Assembly: GCA_000708835.1 (NCBI GenBank)
Contig: DF237060.1
Span: 124,001 to 188,000 of the forward strand
DNA from: Klebsormidium nitens
Taxonomy: Eukaryota > Plantae > Klebsormidiophyceae
Direction of reading: 5' to 3'
DNA length: 64,000 nucleotides
Below, piece by piece: positions 13,001 to 24,200 of this stretch (positions are counted from its first letter, which is position 1; each line of letters begins with the position of its first letter). A model generated the notes under the pieces. The model had not been told where the DNA came from and made no database searches. It saw only the letters and a list, made by a program, of their open reading frames with translations. The translations under genes were made by a program, and so were the position numbers.

Positions 13001-16000
13001 AACGATGTCGTCACTTCTTAATAGACTTCGTTCCTGAGTGGCAGAAGAAGAATTATATGCAGTGGGCAGGAGGGTGGGCCCTTCTCCGTTGAATGGAAGC
13101 CTTCTTAATTGGGCCAAAGCGCCTCTGCATAGCACTGCAAGCCTAACAGATTCCCCCCTTGCTTTGGGACAGATTCTTTCGAAGCTGGTCGACCCCGAGG
13201 TTTTGGAGTCTGACCCCACTCTAAAAGCAAGGGTCGGCAAAAAAGCCCTGAGCGACTTCCCACCCCAGATCCTGGCCGCGCACAAAGAGCAGCTCACTGA
13301 TCTGCTGACAGACGGAGATTTTGAGGGGGAGTCGGGGGTCTATTCTGCGCTGGACCTTTTCCTACATCCGATCTTTGGAGTCCCCGAGCGGGTGGGCCTC
13401 AACGACATAGCCATACCCACCAGCTTGGTGACCACGTCATTAGGCCTCACCCAAAGGGACATTCCCGAGGGTGCGACCGAGCTCGGCGGCACCCTCCACG
13501 AGATACAGCGGGCGTATCGGCGGGTGGAGCGTACGATTCTTGAACAGCTAGATCTGGTAAAGGATCAACTACTGGACGATGTGTACAAGAGAGCGAAGCA
13601 GCTGGTTGAGGTGAGGATACATATCTATCATTGGATAATTAGAAGGAAAAAAGTAATCTACCAGCAATTATATGTCTCTTCCTTCGGACAATTTTTGTCG
13701 AATTTCGAGTTTTCTCTCATGGGCTTCTTTTGATCTCATGCTGCATTTGATTCTGTCGGGTTTTATGTTTCAAAACCATGAAAAGCCCTGAAAGAACCAG
13801 ATTTTTACTGGGCACTAAACATCTCAAGACAATATCTCGTGTTTCTTGTTAGCACTTGATAATACCTGCATCGAAGCATACATATCAAGTAAAAGATTGT
13901 TTCTGCATAGCGCTTGGTCTTACAAGAATCGGACTGTCGCAAGCTTGAAGCTTGCGCTTGAACGATTGCGCGTCCATGAGCTGACTTATTAACGTGTCGT
14001 CCTTCTGAGCTCTTACCTTTCTTGAGGAACGCCATCAACTTTAATATTAACGTGTACAAGATGACCGGTAGCGCTTGGAAAACATTTACGTTGCAAAATG
14101 TGACAGGGAAGTTTGACTAGGGCGCTAGGTTCGCATCACTGTTTCCGTCCTCACAAAATGAAGGATGTGCCATTTTTTGGTCGCTACTGACAGGTACTCG
14201 AGATCTGCCAGCGTAGCGAGCCGGAAAGTCAATTCGAAGTCAGCCGTAGCAGGCACGTGGACTCCTACCGTTGCTTCAACGCCCTCAGTTACAAATCGTT
14301 TCAGGAAAAGCATGGTCTATCCGAGGTCCGATGCGTTTGGATTGTTTATCAAAAATATGAGGATTCATTCCTTATCTAATTAGTTCGCCAACCTGCAGGC
14401 TGAGATGCTCGTCCTTGACGTTCACGCGAGCGGCATCCTTCGTTCGCAGACCGTCCCCGACCTGGATGCAACGTGTTACATGGCGTCACTCTTCGATCAC
14501 CGCAGCTTGGGGGTGAAGACCTTCTGGCTAAGGTTACACTTAGCAGTCTCCACGAGCGGCTCGTTTCTGAGTCGCCTTCGCGCCGTCGAACAGCACCTTC
14601 CAAACCTGGTGAAGGGCGTCATCAGGGGAGTCGAGCATCAGCTTGGCAAGGACTGCCGCGCCTGGGAACAAGCAGCCCGAAGGAAGGTTGAGGCTGCTGT
14701 AAATTCCGCCTGCGCCAACCTGCGTTCCAGCAGCAGGCAGCTGCCCCGGTCCGACGAGGACTGCGCCAAACAGTTTCCGAGGGTGCTCCGGGCGATCAAT
14801 GTGCACTGCGCGCTGCGCAGCTGCGAGCCAGTCCTGCAACGCTTGAAAAACCTGTTGCCCTCTATGGCCGGAGGTGACGCGCATAACCCCCTCACATTTC
14901 TGGAACTGAGTCCCGAGGACTTGGTGAGCTCAGTGCAGTCGATTGAGCGTGATGTCGCTCTCCTCACAGAACCGGATCCGGCCCAGTCGATCCTAGACGA
15001 CATCCGCCTCTTGGAAGCATGCAAGCGCGCGGTTGCTGGCGGTCCAGGGAGGGCCCCGAAGTTCAGCGAAGCTCTCAGCGCGGCCGAAACTGGAAACCCG
15101 TCTAGCTGGTTTGACGGAACTCACGAGGGGATTCCCATGTCCGATCCGGAGTGCGTAGCGCGGGTGAAGCTCTACTCCTTAGCCTTCGAGGATGACCAGC
15201 TGCGAAGGGCCATTAACATCCTGAAGCTGGTGGTTAGAAAGCGGTTTTATGACAAGTGGGTGGAGCAAAACAAGCCGAAGGAGGGCTTTGTGGTCACCAC
15301 AGTCCCAGGCCAAGGAGGTTATGCAGCTACTGGCGATCCAAGGAAGACGGAGGTCGTGTTCCAGGCGAGGCTTGTCGCCCTTGCGGTGAGAAAATGCCGT
15401 TTCGTTGGTTCGTTCTATCATGCCTCTTGCTTGACTCGGATCGTGCGCGTGCCTTCCTGCAAAGCTCTTTCTAATTGAGCACTTGCAACAATTCTTTGCG
15501 CGCTTCGTGGTTCGTGCACGCATCATTGCGCGCTTCTAAGTGCAGTTCCCACGAGAGTCCCTGGGTATTCGACAATCAACGGGCTTTAGTCCTCAAATGC
15601 AATTTCTAAGTAAGCTCCTGCTGCTTTGGGGTTCCAAAAGTTGGCACTGTTCCTTGTGATACTTGACTTGGTCGCCTAACTTCTTCCGTCCAACTCTTGT
15701 TAGATGGACACAGATTGGAACTAGGTAATTGTTTCATCCGTATCCTAACGGATCATTACCACAAAAAGACTTCCGTTTCGACTCTCTACAGTGCTGGAAA
15801 GAAGCCGAAGGCGTTGAGAGGGAGCGCGCAGAGCACCTGGGCAAGAAAGTTTACCCGCTACTGGAGAAGCAAATGGAACGGGTAGCAGGTGAGATTCTCA
15901 TCTGCGATACACTGCATCCGAAGGCCGGCATCTGGAAAGTGTGTTTTACCTTCTACGAATTTCAATTCATGTCTTGAAAAGCTTTCCTGAGTATGAAGAG

Positions 16001-18991
16001 GGGAAGCATTTTCAACTTATAAGGTCGGTTTTGGGTATAATCCTTGTCGACATCAACAACTGACACGCCGTTAGAATCCAATTAATCACGACCTCTACTG
16101 ATTTCCTCGCGGCTGGCTCGGTTAACCATAAACTCTGGCCATACTCTAGTCCCTAAGCTTTGAACAGAAGACTTCTGCCGTCAACTTAGAAGGTGCCGTT
16201 TCAAAGGTCACGATTCCAGTAGGTGTCCTCATCATCAATCGATTACGGTGAAGGATGCTTCCGTCATAAGCTGTCTTTTTTTCTGAACTACGGAGCCATT
16301 TCGTGGCTTCACTGCAGAGAAGAGGGGCTGGAGCTTGGAAGATGTGGGCTGGATCGAGGAGTCACACGTGCAATTGTGGTTGCGAGAGTACCTGGGTGTT
16401 CATGAGAACCTGGACGTGGCGTGGACCAAGATCTTCAAGGACCGGGTGAGAGATGAGTCCTCTTATACACGCTTGCGGACAAGCTAGCCCAGGGCTCGCC
16501 GCGGCGACCGGTTTTCAGAAAGGAGACAAGGCAACGTTTGGTGGCGCTTTTACACCATCTGTACCAGGATATCGGTCCTCAGTTTACGATGTGGTTGGGT
16601 CGTACCCCTGTGCTTCAGACGCTGTCGTCAGTTCGAGTACTGGAACGGGTCAACATCAATGAAAGATGTTTTTTTCCTGTCACAATTTGTCTAGGTGCCG
16701 GAGGGAGTGCGGTTCGAGCCATCCGAGTCGAAAAAGAGGACTGCCTACGGATTGCCTAAAAGCAGGGGCGCATCGGGTGCCAGCTCCAGTGCTAGCTCTG
16801 AGCATCTTGTTTGCGGCAAGTACGCAGCCGATTCGGACCCGAAAAGTGAGCACCGTTTTCTTTGCGTCTCAGCATGACTCTGCTCTAGCACGCAGTAGAA
16901 GCTCGCAAGAACACCCTATCTGACCAGGTCCCTGGATAAAAGTGCCCTGGCTTAATTGGCTCAGTTCGTTGTCGATCCCTTCAAAGGGTCATAAAATCCC
17001 TTAGATGACGCCATCTCAATTGGTGTTCGAGCTGCTGACGTCATCTGATGTTGATGGGTCCGCTCCTTGCTGAATACAGCTTGGAAGAGGGAGGCTTGCG
17101 AGGACTTCAAAACGGACCTGCTTGTAAAGCATGGAGCAACTACCAGGAGAGGTGAGGCTTCTGATATAGAGCAGCTCATCTTGTCAATTATGGTTATGCA
17201 AGATTCGAGTGCGAAACAGAGCGGAGAACCCTGAGAGGTCGCATGCAGTCTCCTTCATTCCTTCAAGGGGCTCCAAAACTTTTTGCGCTGTTTTAGACGG
17301 AGAAGCTCTTACAGACTGATCAAAAAGCCTCAATTCTTCCTCGAAAGACCGGGGTGCGGACCTTTCAATCTTGACATATCACGAATTGTTTCTTGACCCC
17401 GCGGACGAGCCACCCTGCGCAAGGTAGACTGACTCACAAGCACACAAGCAAACCCAGTTGGGCTGTGTACGAGGCTTGAGGTCAGCGACTAAGTTTGCCT
17501 ACATTGAACCGCAGCGATGACTTGCTTTTACAGAAAACGGACATTATTACATCCAATTGCCAACAAGACAAGGGCAGCTGTCCAGTCTCAAAGCGGTGAG
17601 CCTCAATCTTTGACAAGAGATTCTGTCTTTCAGTTGCGATCGTAATGTCAACAGGGGCGTTCAACGACTGCAGGGTCCTTTTTGAGAAGATGGTCCGAGT
17701 TTGCATCCCATCGTTTTGGGTCCTAGATTTTGCGACTTCAACTGCATTTACTAAGATTGCCTTCATGTTTCGAATTTTTGGTTGCTGCTGGATTTATTTG
17801 CTTTGCAATTGCTAAAGACCGAGTAAGAATTCTCTGGGTCTGAGGCATCTTGACTGTCATTCCTTAAATCGAGTATGTCAACATCGAGACGGTATTTATG
17901 TCATGAGGCCATCCGATTGCAGGCTCTTCAGGAGGCTGAACGGCGAGAGAAGGCTGGAGCTGTCTCGGTAAGAGTAATTCTTTTTCAACGAAGCAGCACA
18001 GTCAAGCCTGGCAGGTTCATTGCTGGGCATGGGAGATCATTCTTGAAATGTTTGACTTCCGAAGTCACCTTCTCGATGATACTTTTCTTTTTCTCCGGTT
18101 TCGTCACTCAATCCCTGCCCTTAAGTCAATCATGAACCAGTCGCTCGACGTTCCTTAATGCTAAGTCTGTGAGACGGCTTGCTGAATGCATTCCAGGGGC
18201 TCTACTTCGAGTTCATTCTACTGAGCACAGTTTGATTCAGAACAAACGATGTAAGCTGCTATTTCTGCGTCGAACTAATCTGGCTCGACGGGTATGCTTT
18301 CTATGCTCAGGGCCAGCAATGCACTGTTTGCTTGGCGCGCTTTGCGTCGGAAAAGCTGTACCAGCACCCCCACTTCAACGTTCCCATCTGCGAGAGCTGC
18401 TTGGGGGCCTTCTGGAAAACGGAGAGTGGTCAGGAGGCGGCCTCGAAGTTTCAGTGCGAAGACGTAAGAGTCATGGCCACCATTAACATCTGGCAAAGCC
18501 GTCAAATTTTTGTTTGCAATGCCTCAAAAGTCAAGCCAGCTAGAAGTGCAGACGAGATCTTGTGCATACGTTAGGCTTGGTTACAAGACCATCTCTCCTC
18601 GCTTGAAACATAGAAGCCTGGAGTAATTCTCATGAAGAAGAACGGTATAAGCTGCGGGCTTGCTGTTTGCTTCCCGGATTTACATTGTCAAGCCCTCAAA
18701 GACGCCTTGTTTTTGAAGATGTTGCAGAAGGATGGCATTGGGGACTTCTGTTCCTGGTGCGGCGCTGATGGCAGGTGCCCAGCGAAGGACACGGAGAGAC
18801 ACCAGGCATGCAACAAGTGCAGCAAGGCCTATTGCAACGGCTGCCTGATGCGGCTGTTCGGAAAATTCATTAAGAAGGACATCGTACCCCGGGAGTGGCA
18901 CTGCCCGGCGTGCTTGCGGGACGAAGGCAGCACCAGGATTGATTACTGGGTGAAGAAGGGCAGCTCACTGAGGGTCGCTCCCAAGCCTTAA
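7024..18991 (+). CDS. Large multi-exon protein: dynamin-like P-loop GTPase with Tudor/Agenet-like insert, helical region and C-terminal ADD zinc finger
   Basis: Plus-strand exons with GT-AG borders at about 7024-7418, 7671-7807, ~7985-8160, 8258-8499, 8851-8976, 9163-9252, 9449-~9836, 10292-10534, 10799-10872, ~11199-11432, 11744-12023, 12392-12744, ~13185-13611, 14399-15384, 15792-15888, 16318-16445, 16695-16845, 17079-17152, ~17349-17422, 17923-17967, 18311-18463, 18728-18991. Motifs: GVQGSGKST (7778-7804), LLPLG...HAT, VMIDNPG (10484-10504), LVFNADK (11358-11378), DVGMDALTNFI. Joining everything into one gene is inferred; the G1-G2 junction was not cleanly resolved. Confidence 0.65.
18311..18991 (+). 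other. ADD (ATRX-DNMT3-DNMT3L) zinc-finger domain encoded by two exons
   Basis: Spliced (18311-18463 + 18728-18991, phase 0): GQQCTVCLARFASEKLYQHPHFNVPICESC...ED|KDGIGDFCSWCGADG...ACNKCSKAYCNGCLMRLFG...EWHCPAC. Follows the ATRX ADD pattern CxxC..YxHP..VxICxxC..DG.D..CxWC..G...CxxC..AFCxxC..RNLG...WxCxxC. Confidence 0.88.
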
Positions 18992-20352
18992 GGGTAATGG
19001 TCGCAGGTCGGGGCTTTAGCCGCTGCTGCACCGATCGTTTGGATCGTGGGGGAAAATAACGGGAGCTTGCTTGAAGGAACAACAGGCTAGAGAAAGGAGC
19101 TCTTGGCGAAGAGCTTTATCTGAAAGGAAAGGAGCTCGAACTGATATTCTTCAGCAGATGCCAGTAGGGGCGACCGGATAACCTCTGTTAGGATTGGAGG
19201 GCAAGAACGTTTTTGGGGCGAGGGTTTTCAATTAGCTGTTTTTAGGTTATGCTTTTAGAATAAGTGATCACAGAGATACGCTTGTAGTTGATTTGGTTCA
19301 GCTTACGTCTTTTCCTTTAGTCTTGTGTCACGAGCTCTTAGCCCGATTTAAGACAGGCTGGCCGAGCGGGCCCACCAGACGGCATCTTCGCGGCCGGTCG
19401 TTTCGACCGGCCAAGCAATATGGGTAGCCCACTAAAGTTGGTAGCTATAGCAGGCAGATTTGTAGATGTATTTTGAGTCGTTGTGGGCTGATTGCTGTGA
19501 AAGCCCCTAATCAACGAACTCCCGTTTGTGACAGAGCTTTTGGGTCGGCCCTCAGCTTGGTATCCCAAATAGATCTAGTTGCTAGAGCAGACGTGCAACT
19601 GTATATGCTGTAAACTCTGATATCATTGTGGGCTGGTTGCTGTGGAAGGCCCCTGTCCACGAAGCTCCGGTACTTGAATGAGTCTGACCTTTCGGGCCAA
19701 TCGTTTGCGTCAAACCATATGAAAAGTTTTAGGACTCATTGTCAACGACGTTCACTCAGTGACTCGACGAGCACAGAAATTTGCCGGCGCAGCGGCAAGG
19801 TCCTTCTTCGTGTCTTTGCACGCGTGAGTCTTTGTTTGTGTATACGTCGGCGTCTGCACCTAGCTTCGGTGCGGATCCGTTTTGATCTCATCATGCTTAA
19901 GTACCGGCAGCAAGAGACTTTTTGACGCTCCCGACGGTGAACCGTTATGTGTCGGACAGTACGTGTAGGCTAAAGTTTGCAACATCTCATTGGATCAATA
20001 AAAGCTATAGCTGTATCGCACTGCACCGTCATGATCCTTTACAATCTCCTGCGACATTCATTGGGCCTCCGAGGACATTTGTGAAGGTGCCGGCTTCATT
20101 TGCATATATGCACGAGCGCAGTCGCGCCGGGGCGTGCCATGATGTGTCATGCGTTAGTGGTGCTCGTTCGGTCTTATTTGCAAAGCGAATTTGGACAGGC
20201 AAATTGAATGTAATTCCGCCGGACCTACAGACCGATCGGATCACCGGCATCGATTGAGGTACATCATCTAGCATTCGGGCGGGTGCATGTAGGGGCTGAA
20301 TTCACCATTCTACAAAGCTAGCGCTATGCACAACGGTTGCACCCGCCCACTT

Positions 20353-21240
20353 TCAAAAGATATCAGAGTTGCAACATAGGTTCACGGCATACGGCACCGT
20401 TGTGAACAGCTCTGCAATAAGCTCCAGATCTTTCGTCAGAAAGCGCCACAGCTCTTCGGGGCTAATCCTATGCGCCCGCAAATCCCGGTCCGTTCCTGCC
20501 AAGACCGCCTGCCTTTGTTCCAACCTCTTACGTAGCTTTGTCAGGGGGTTCTTCACCCCCTCCAAATCAAGGAGGGTCTGATGCACGGGATGCTCCTGGG
20601 ATCGTTTTAAAACCCGTTCAGAGCCTCAGATTTTGCTTCAGCCGTTCTGATTGATTGCGCTGGGACAAAGGCGACCTCCGTCCCCGAGCAGAACTCCGAT
20701 GGCTTGTCTCCGAATGCAACGCGGAGGGAAAGCTAAAGAACGGAGGCTCTTCTAACTCGGTAAATGCAGCTACCGGAGTAGGGGGCTTCGAAACACCGGG
20801 TGGTGGCGGAGGGGGCTCCGAAGGGCCGGGTTGTGGCACCGTGGGGGCGGGATGGGGAACTAGAGGTGGCAGTCGGAGGTCACTGATTGTCCGGAGGGGC
20901 CCCGGCCGGGGGGGTGCTCAAGGGGGTCGAGGGGGGCGCTAGGGGCGGGACACGGACCCGAGGAAGGGCGATCCGTGGCCGGAAGCGGCTAGGGGGGGAG
21001 GGGCCGGGACGAACGTGGGGCTGGGCAGGAGGGATGCGAGCATGCGGTCGCGGGGAAATATGGAAAGGCGGCCGCGGCCGCCGATTCGGCCGACCAGGGG
21101 CGGGGGGTGTGTCCGGCGGTCGGGGAGCGGAGGGCCCGGTTCTGCCCCTGCGGGCAAGTCCCCGGGCCGAACTTCCTCAGCTTTGGACTCGTCGGCGCCC
21201 GCCTTTTGCAGCTGAACTTGGATGAACGTCAGCGCGGGGG
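20353..21240 (-). pseudogene. GC/Pro-rich coding-like fragment abutting the truncated end of the inverted gene copy
   Basis: Minus-strand frames read ALTFIQVQLQKAGADESKAEEVRPGDLPAG..., then Pro-rich segments, then KNPLTKLRKRLEQRQAVLAGTDRDLRAHRISPEELWRFLTKDLELIAELF. They are interrupted by stops and frame changes. No family recognised. Confidence 0.3.
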
Positions 21241-24200
21241 GCTCGTCGCTGCATCCCTCTCCCTCCGGTAACTCTCCACAAACTGCCGCTCGTCGTGGGC
21301 ACGTGCCTCAGCCTGCCCGGTTGCCTCCTTCCGTGCAGTCTGGGCGCCGCATTCCTCCTCTGCTTTTCTGTTCTTGGAGGCGCCGCTCGAGCGCCCGGGC
21401 GGCCGCGAGGCCCTCCTCGGTTGCTCGACGGACTTCCGTCTTGGCCTGGAAACCGGAAAAGGTCGGCGGTAAGAATCTCCATCATTTGATGCCTCACTTT
21501 GCCTTGCGAGTTTCATGAGTCGGATCAAGGCAAGAAAGTAACGTCCAAGGAGACAATCGAGCTTTGCTTGGGCTCTGGAGTCCCCGTTACGAGCGCTCAG
21601 GCGATGGGAACGTTCTTGCACAGCCTCCTGGTCGCGAGCTCCCTACTTTCGTCGTATGGAAAATGACAAGCCCGGCCCTACCAACACAACCGTATTTCCG
21701 CTAGGCAGCAACCGCCTTTCAAAGAGCCAAGCAAGAAAGCGGACGAAAAGACCTACAAGAGCGCTAGTTGTTCGTAGGAGCTCGCGGACTGTGACCTGGG
21801 CCTGGCGAGAAAAAGAAAAGATAGGACGAAATGAAGAAATAACTCTCCCTTGAGAAACCGTTGGCATTAGAAGGAGAAAAGGTAGCGTCCAAAGCGCACC
21901 TCTTCGTCCGCCTTGACCAGCAGTCCCCGCACGCGCTGCATCTCCCCCTCCAACTCTGCTACTCTGACCGCGCCACCGTTTCCGTTCCGCTCGCAGTGCT
22001 TCCGCCTCCCCCCCCTTCCGTCGGAGTTCCGTCTCGCGGAAGCCCACTAGCGCCTCAAGCTCTGCTAGCTTTCCGGCGGCTCGCAGCCGCTCTTCCTGAG
22101 CGGCCGCTGCCGCCCGAAACAGGGCCTTTTGGTGGTCTACTTCCAGGGCGTGCAGGGCCTTCTGAGCTGACGTCACGTGCTGGTGTGCCAGGTGGCACTC
22201 GGCGGCCTTGCTCTGGAGCTGTTCTTGCAGACTGCGGGAAAGGAGGGCCTGAGGTCGGGAACGCAATGCACCAACTACCGTACAGGACATCTGGTTCCTC
22301 AAGTCCATTGTAGCTGGTTCATAGGTACGAGGTTCAACCAAACGCACGCACAGATTTAGAGAGGCTGTGGGCTTCTGTTTGTTGGGACTGCCTACTTATA
22401 CTTCTTCTAAGTGACGCACCGTCCGTGACAAGTTCCGACGGCCTCGTGCTCTCGCTCATGTTCCTATCAGCCACCATCTTTTTGCATGCTGTATAACAAG
22501 ACATTCTTTTGTCGCAATCTGATTGAGCCGACGTCCTGGCAGCGATCATCTATGATTCTACCAAAAATAGATACGTTTGAATTCAACGGCGATCCTTATC
22601 CTCAATTTCACCCTCCTCGGAGCGCTATTATTAGCTTCTGAAAACAAGCCCTACTGTACACTACCCAAGCTACATAATCACACATAATAAAGCAAGAGTC
22701 CTACTCGCGCTCCTTACCGGCTAACTTCCGCGTCCAGCTCCGCCCCCTCTGCGCGCGCCTTCTTGAGCTTCTGCCCCAGAATCCGCTGCGCCGCGATCGC
22801 GCTCTTCTTCGCCTGCGCCTCCACGCGCAGTGCTGCCTCCAGCCGCTCGCCGGCGGCTTAAAAGCCTAAACCCTCCCCCCGCGCGGCCGCCAGCTTTGTC
22901 TCCAGCCGCATAGGTATACTCTTTCCCTAAGCCACTGGCTTCTTCCAGAGCCGCGAAGTGCGTGCGCGCGCGCCCCCGTCCTCGGCCGCCGCGTTCTCCA
23001 GCAGCGGGGCGCTCTCGAGGACGGAGTGTGAATGGGCGCCCCCGATCACGAGGACCCGGTGACCGTCGAACACGGCCTGAACGCCCACCTCTGCGGGAAG
23101 GAATCCAGCGAACTGCCACGTGGCAGCACTTTTTCCCGTCTCGTAACTCTCCGGATTCCAACCGATACTCGCGCTTTTCCTCTTGGTTTGCTCGCGGTTT
23201 CCGAGCGGTCCGCCTTTTCCGGACGCCTGTCGTCCTCATACGCGATGGCCCACTGAACTTCGTCGCTCCCGCAACCCCCCCCGGTGCGCTCAAACTCGCC
23301 CGCACTCTTGCCACGCCTTTCGTCGTCCCGCTCTCGTGCCAACATTCAGATCGATCTCTCGCAGCTCTCGCCGCGACGCCTCCAGCTCCCCGACCAGCGC
23401 CACGTGGTCGGCTGCTGACGTCATCGGGGCTCTTTGGAGCCAGATGAAGCCGTCGATGTCGAGCGTGTACACGTCACCAGGTAGTCGGCTCCGTTGAAGG
23501 CCGCCGTAAATGAGCACCTGACGCCCGATGGCAGTGGACACGTGGCCTCGCCTGGTGGCCGGTATGTCCCCAACGGGGTCGACTCTCCCTCCGCCATACC
23601 ATGGGTTTCAGATCCTGTAGTACAACAAGAGATTCTAATTGAGATTGGAAAGAGGAAGAGGGATTCAAAACACTTTAATCCCACCAAGTAAATGCAGACG
23701 TCTCTGACGACGATCGCACTAAAGCTCCCTCATGAAGCTGGGTAAGGAAGATACCAGCAGAGCACCTCCACTTCACCAAGCTGCTCTTGCACCGGCGTCC
23801 AGGAGCTTGCTTCCACTCCCGTGATTCACTTCAAGAAGACCCCCAATAACGCTGACAGCGCACAGAACAGTGAGTCCTCTCGCAAAGTGCCAGCTTGCAT
23901 CGGTTCCGCAACTTACTAGGACACGAAAACAATTTCGCACTGACCAGCACATACAGGTCGCTCAGATGCGCCTGCCCGTCGTAAGTCCCGTGCACCAACA
24001 CCAGGTCCCAAAGGCTTCAGGATTTCGAGCGTTAGCAACTCATGAATATAGCGCTTAGGGTATTATCTCAACTTACCAGCGCATAGAGGTCACCCAGATG
24101 CGTCTGCCCGTTGTACCCCCCGTGCGGATCACTAGGTCTCCGAGCGCCTCCATCACGTGGACCCTCCGTGCCCGGGGGGGATCCCCGGCCACCACCGGCT

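Noticed and set aside
12165-13037. 290-aa ORF
   Set aside because: Off-frame read-through of the GC-rich exon at 12392-12744 and its flanking introns.
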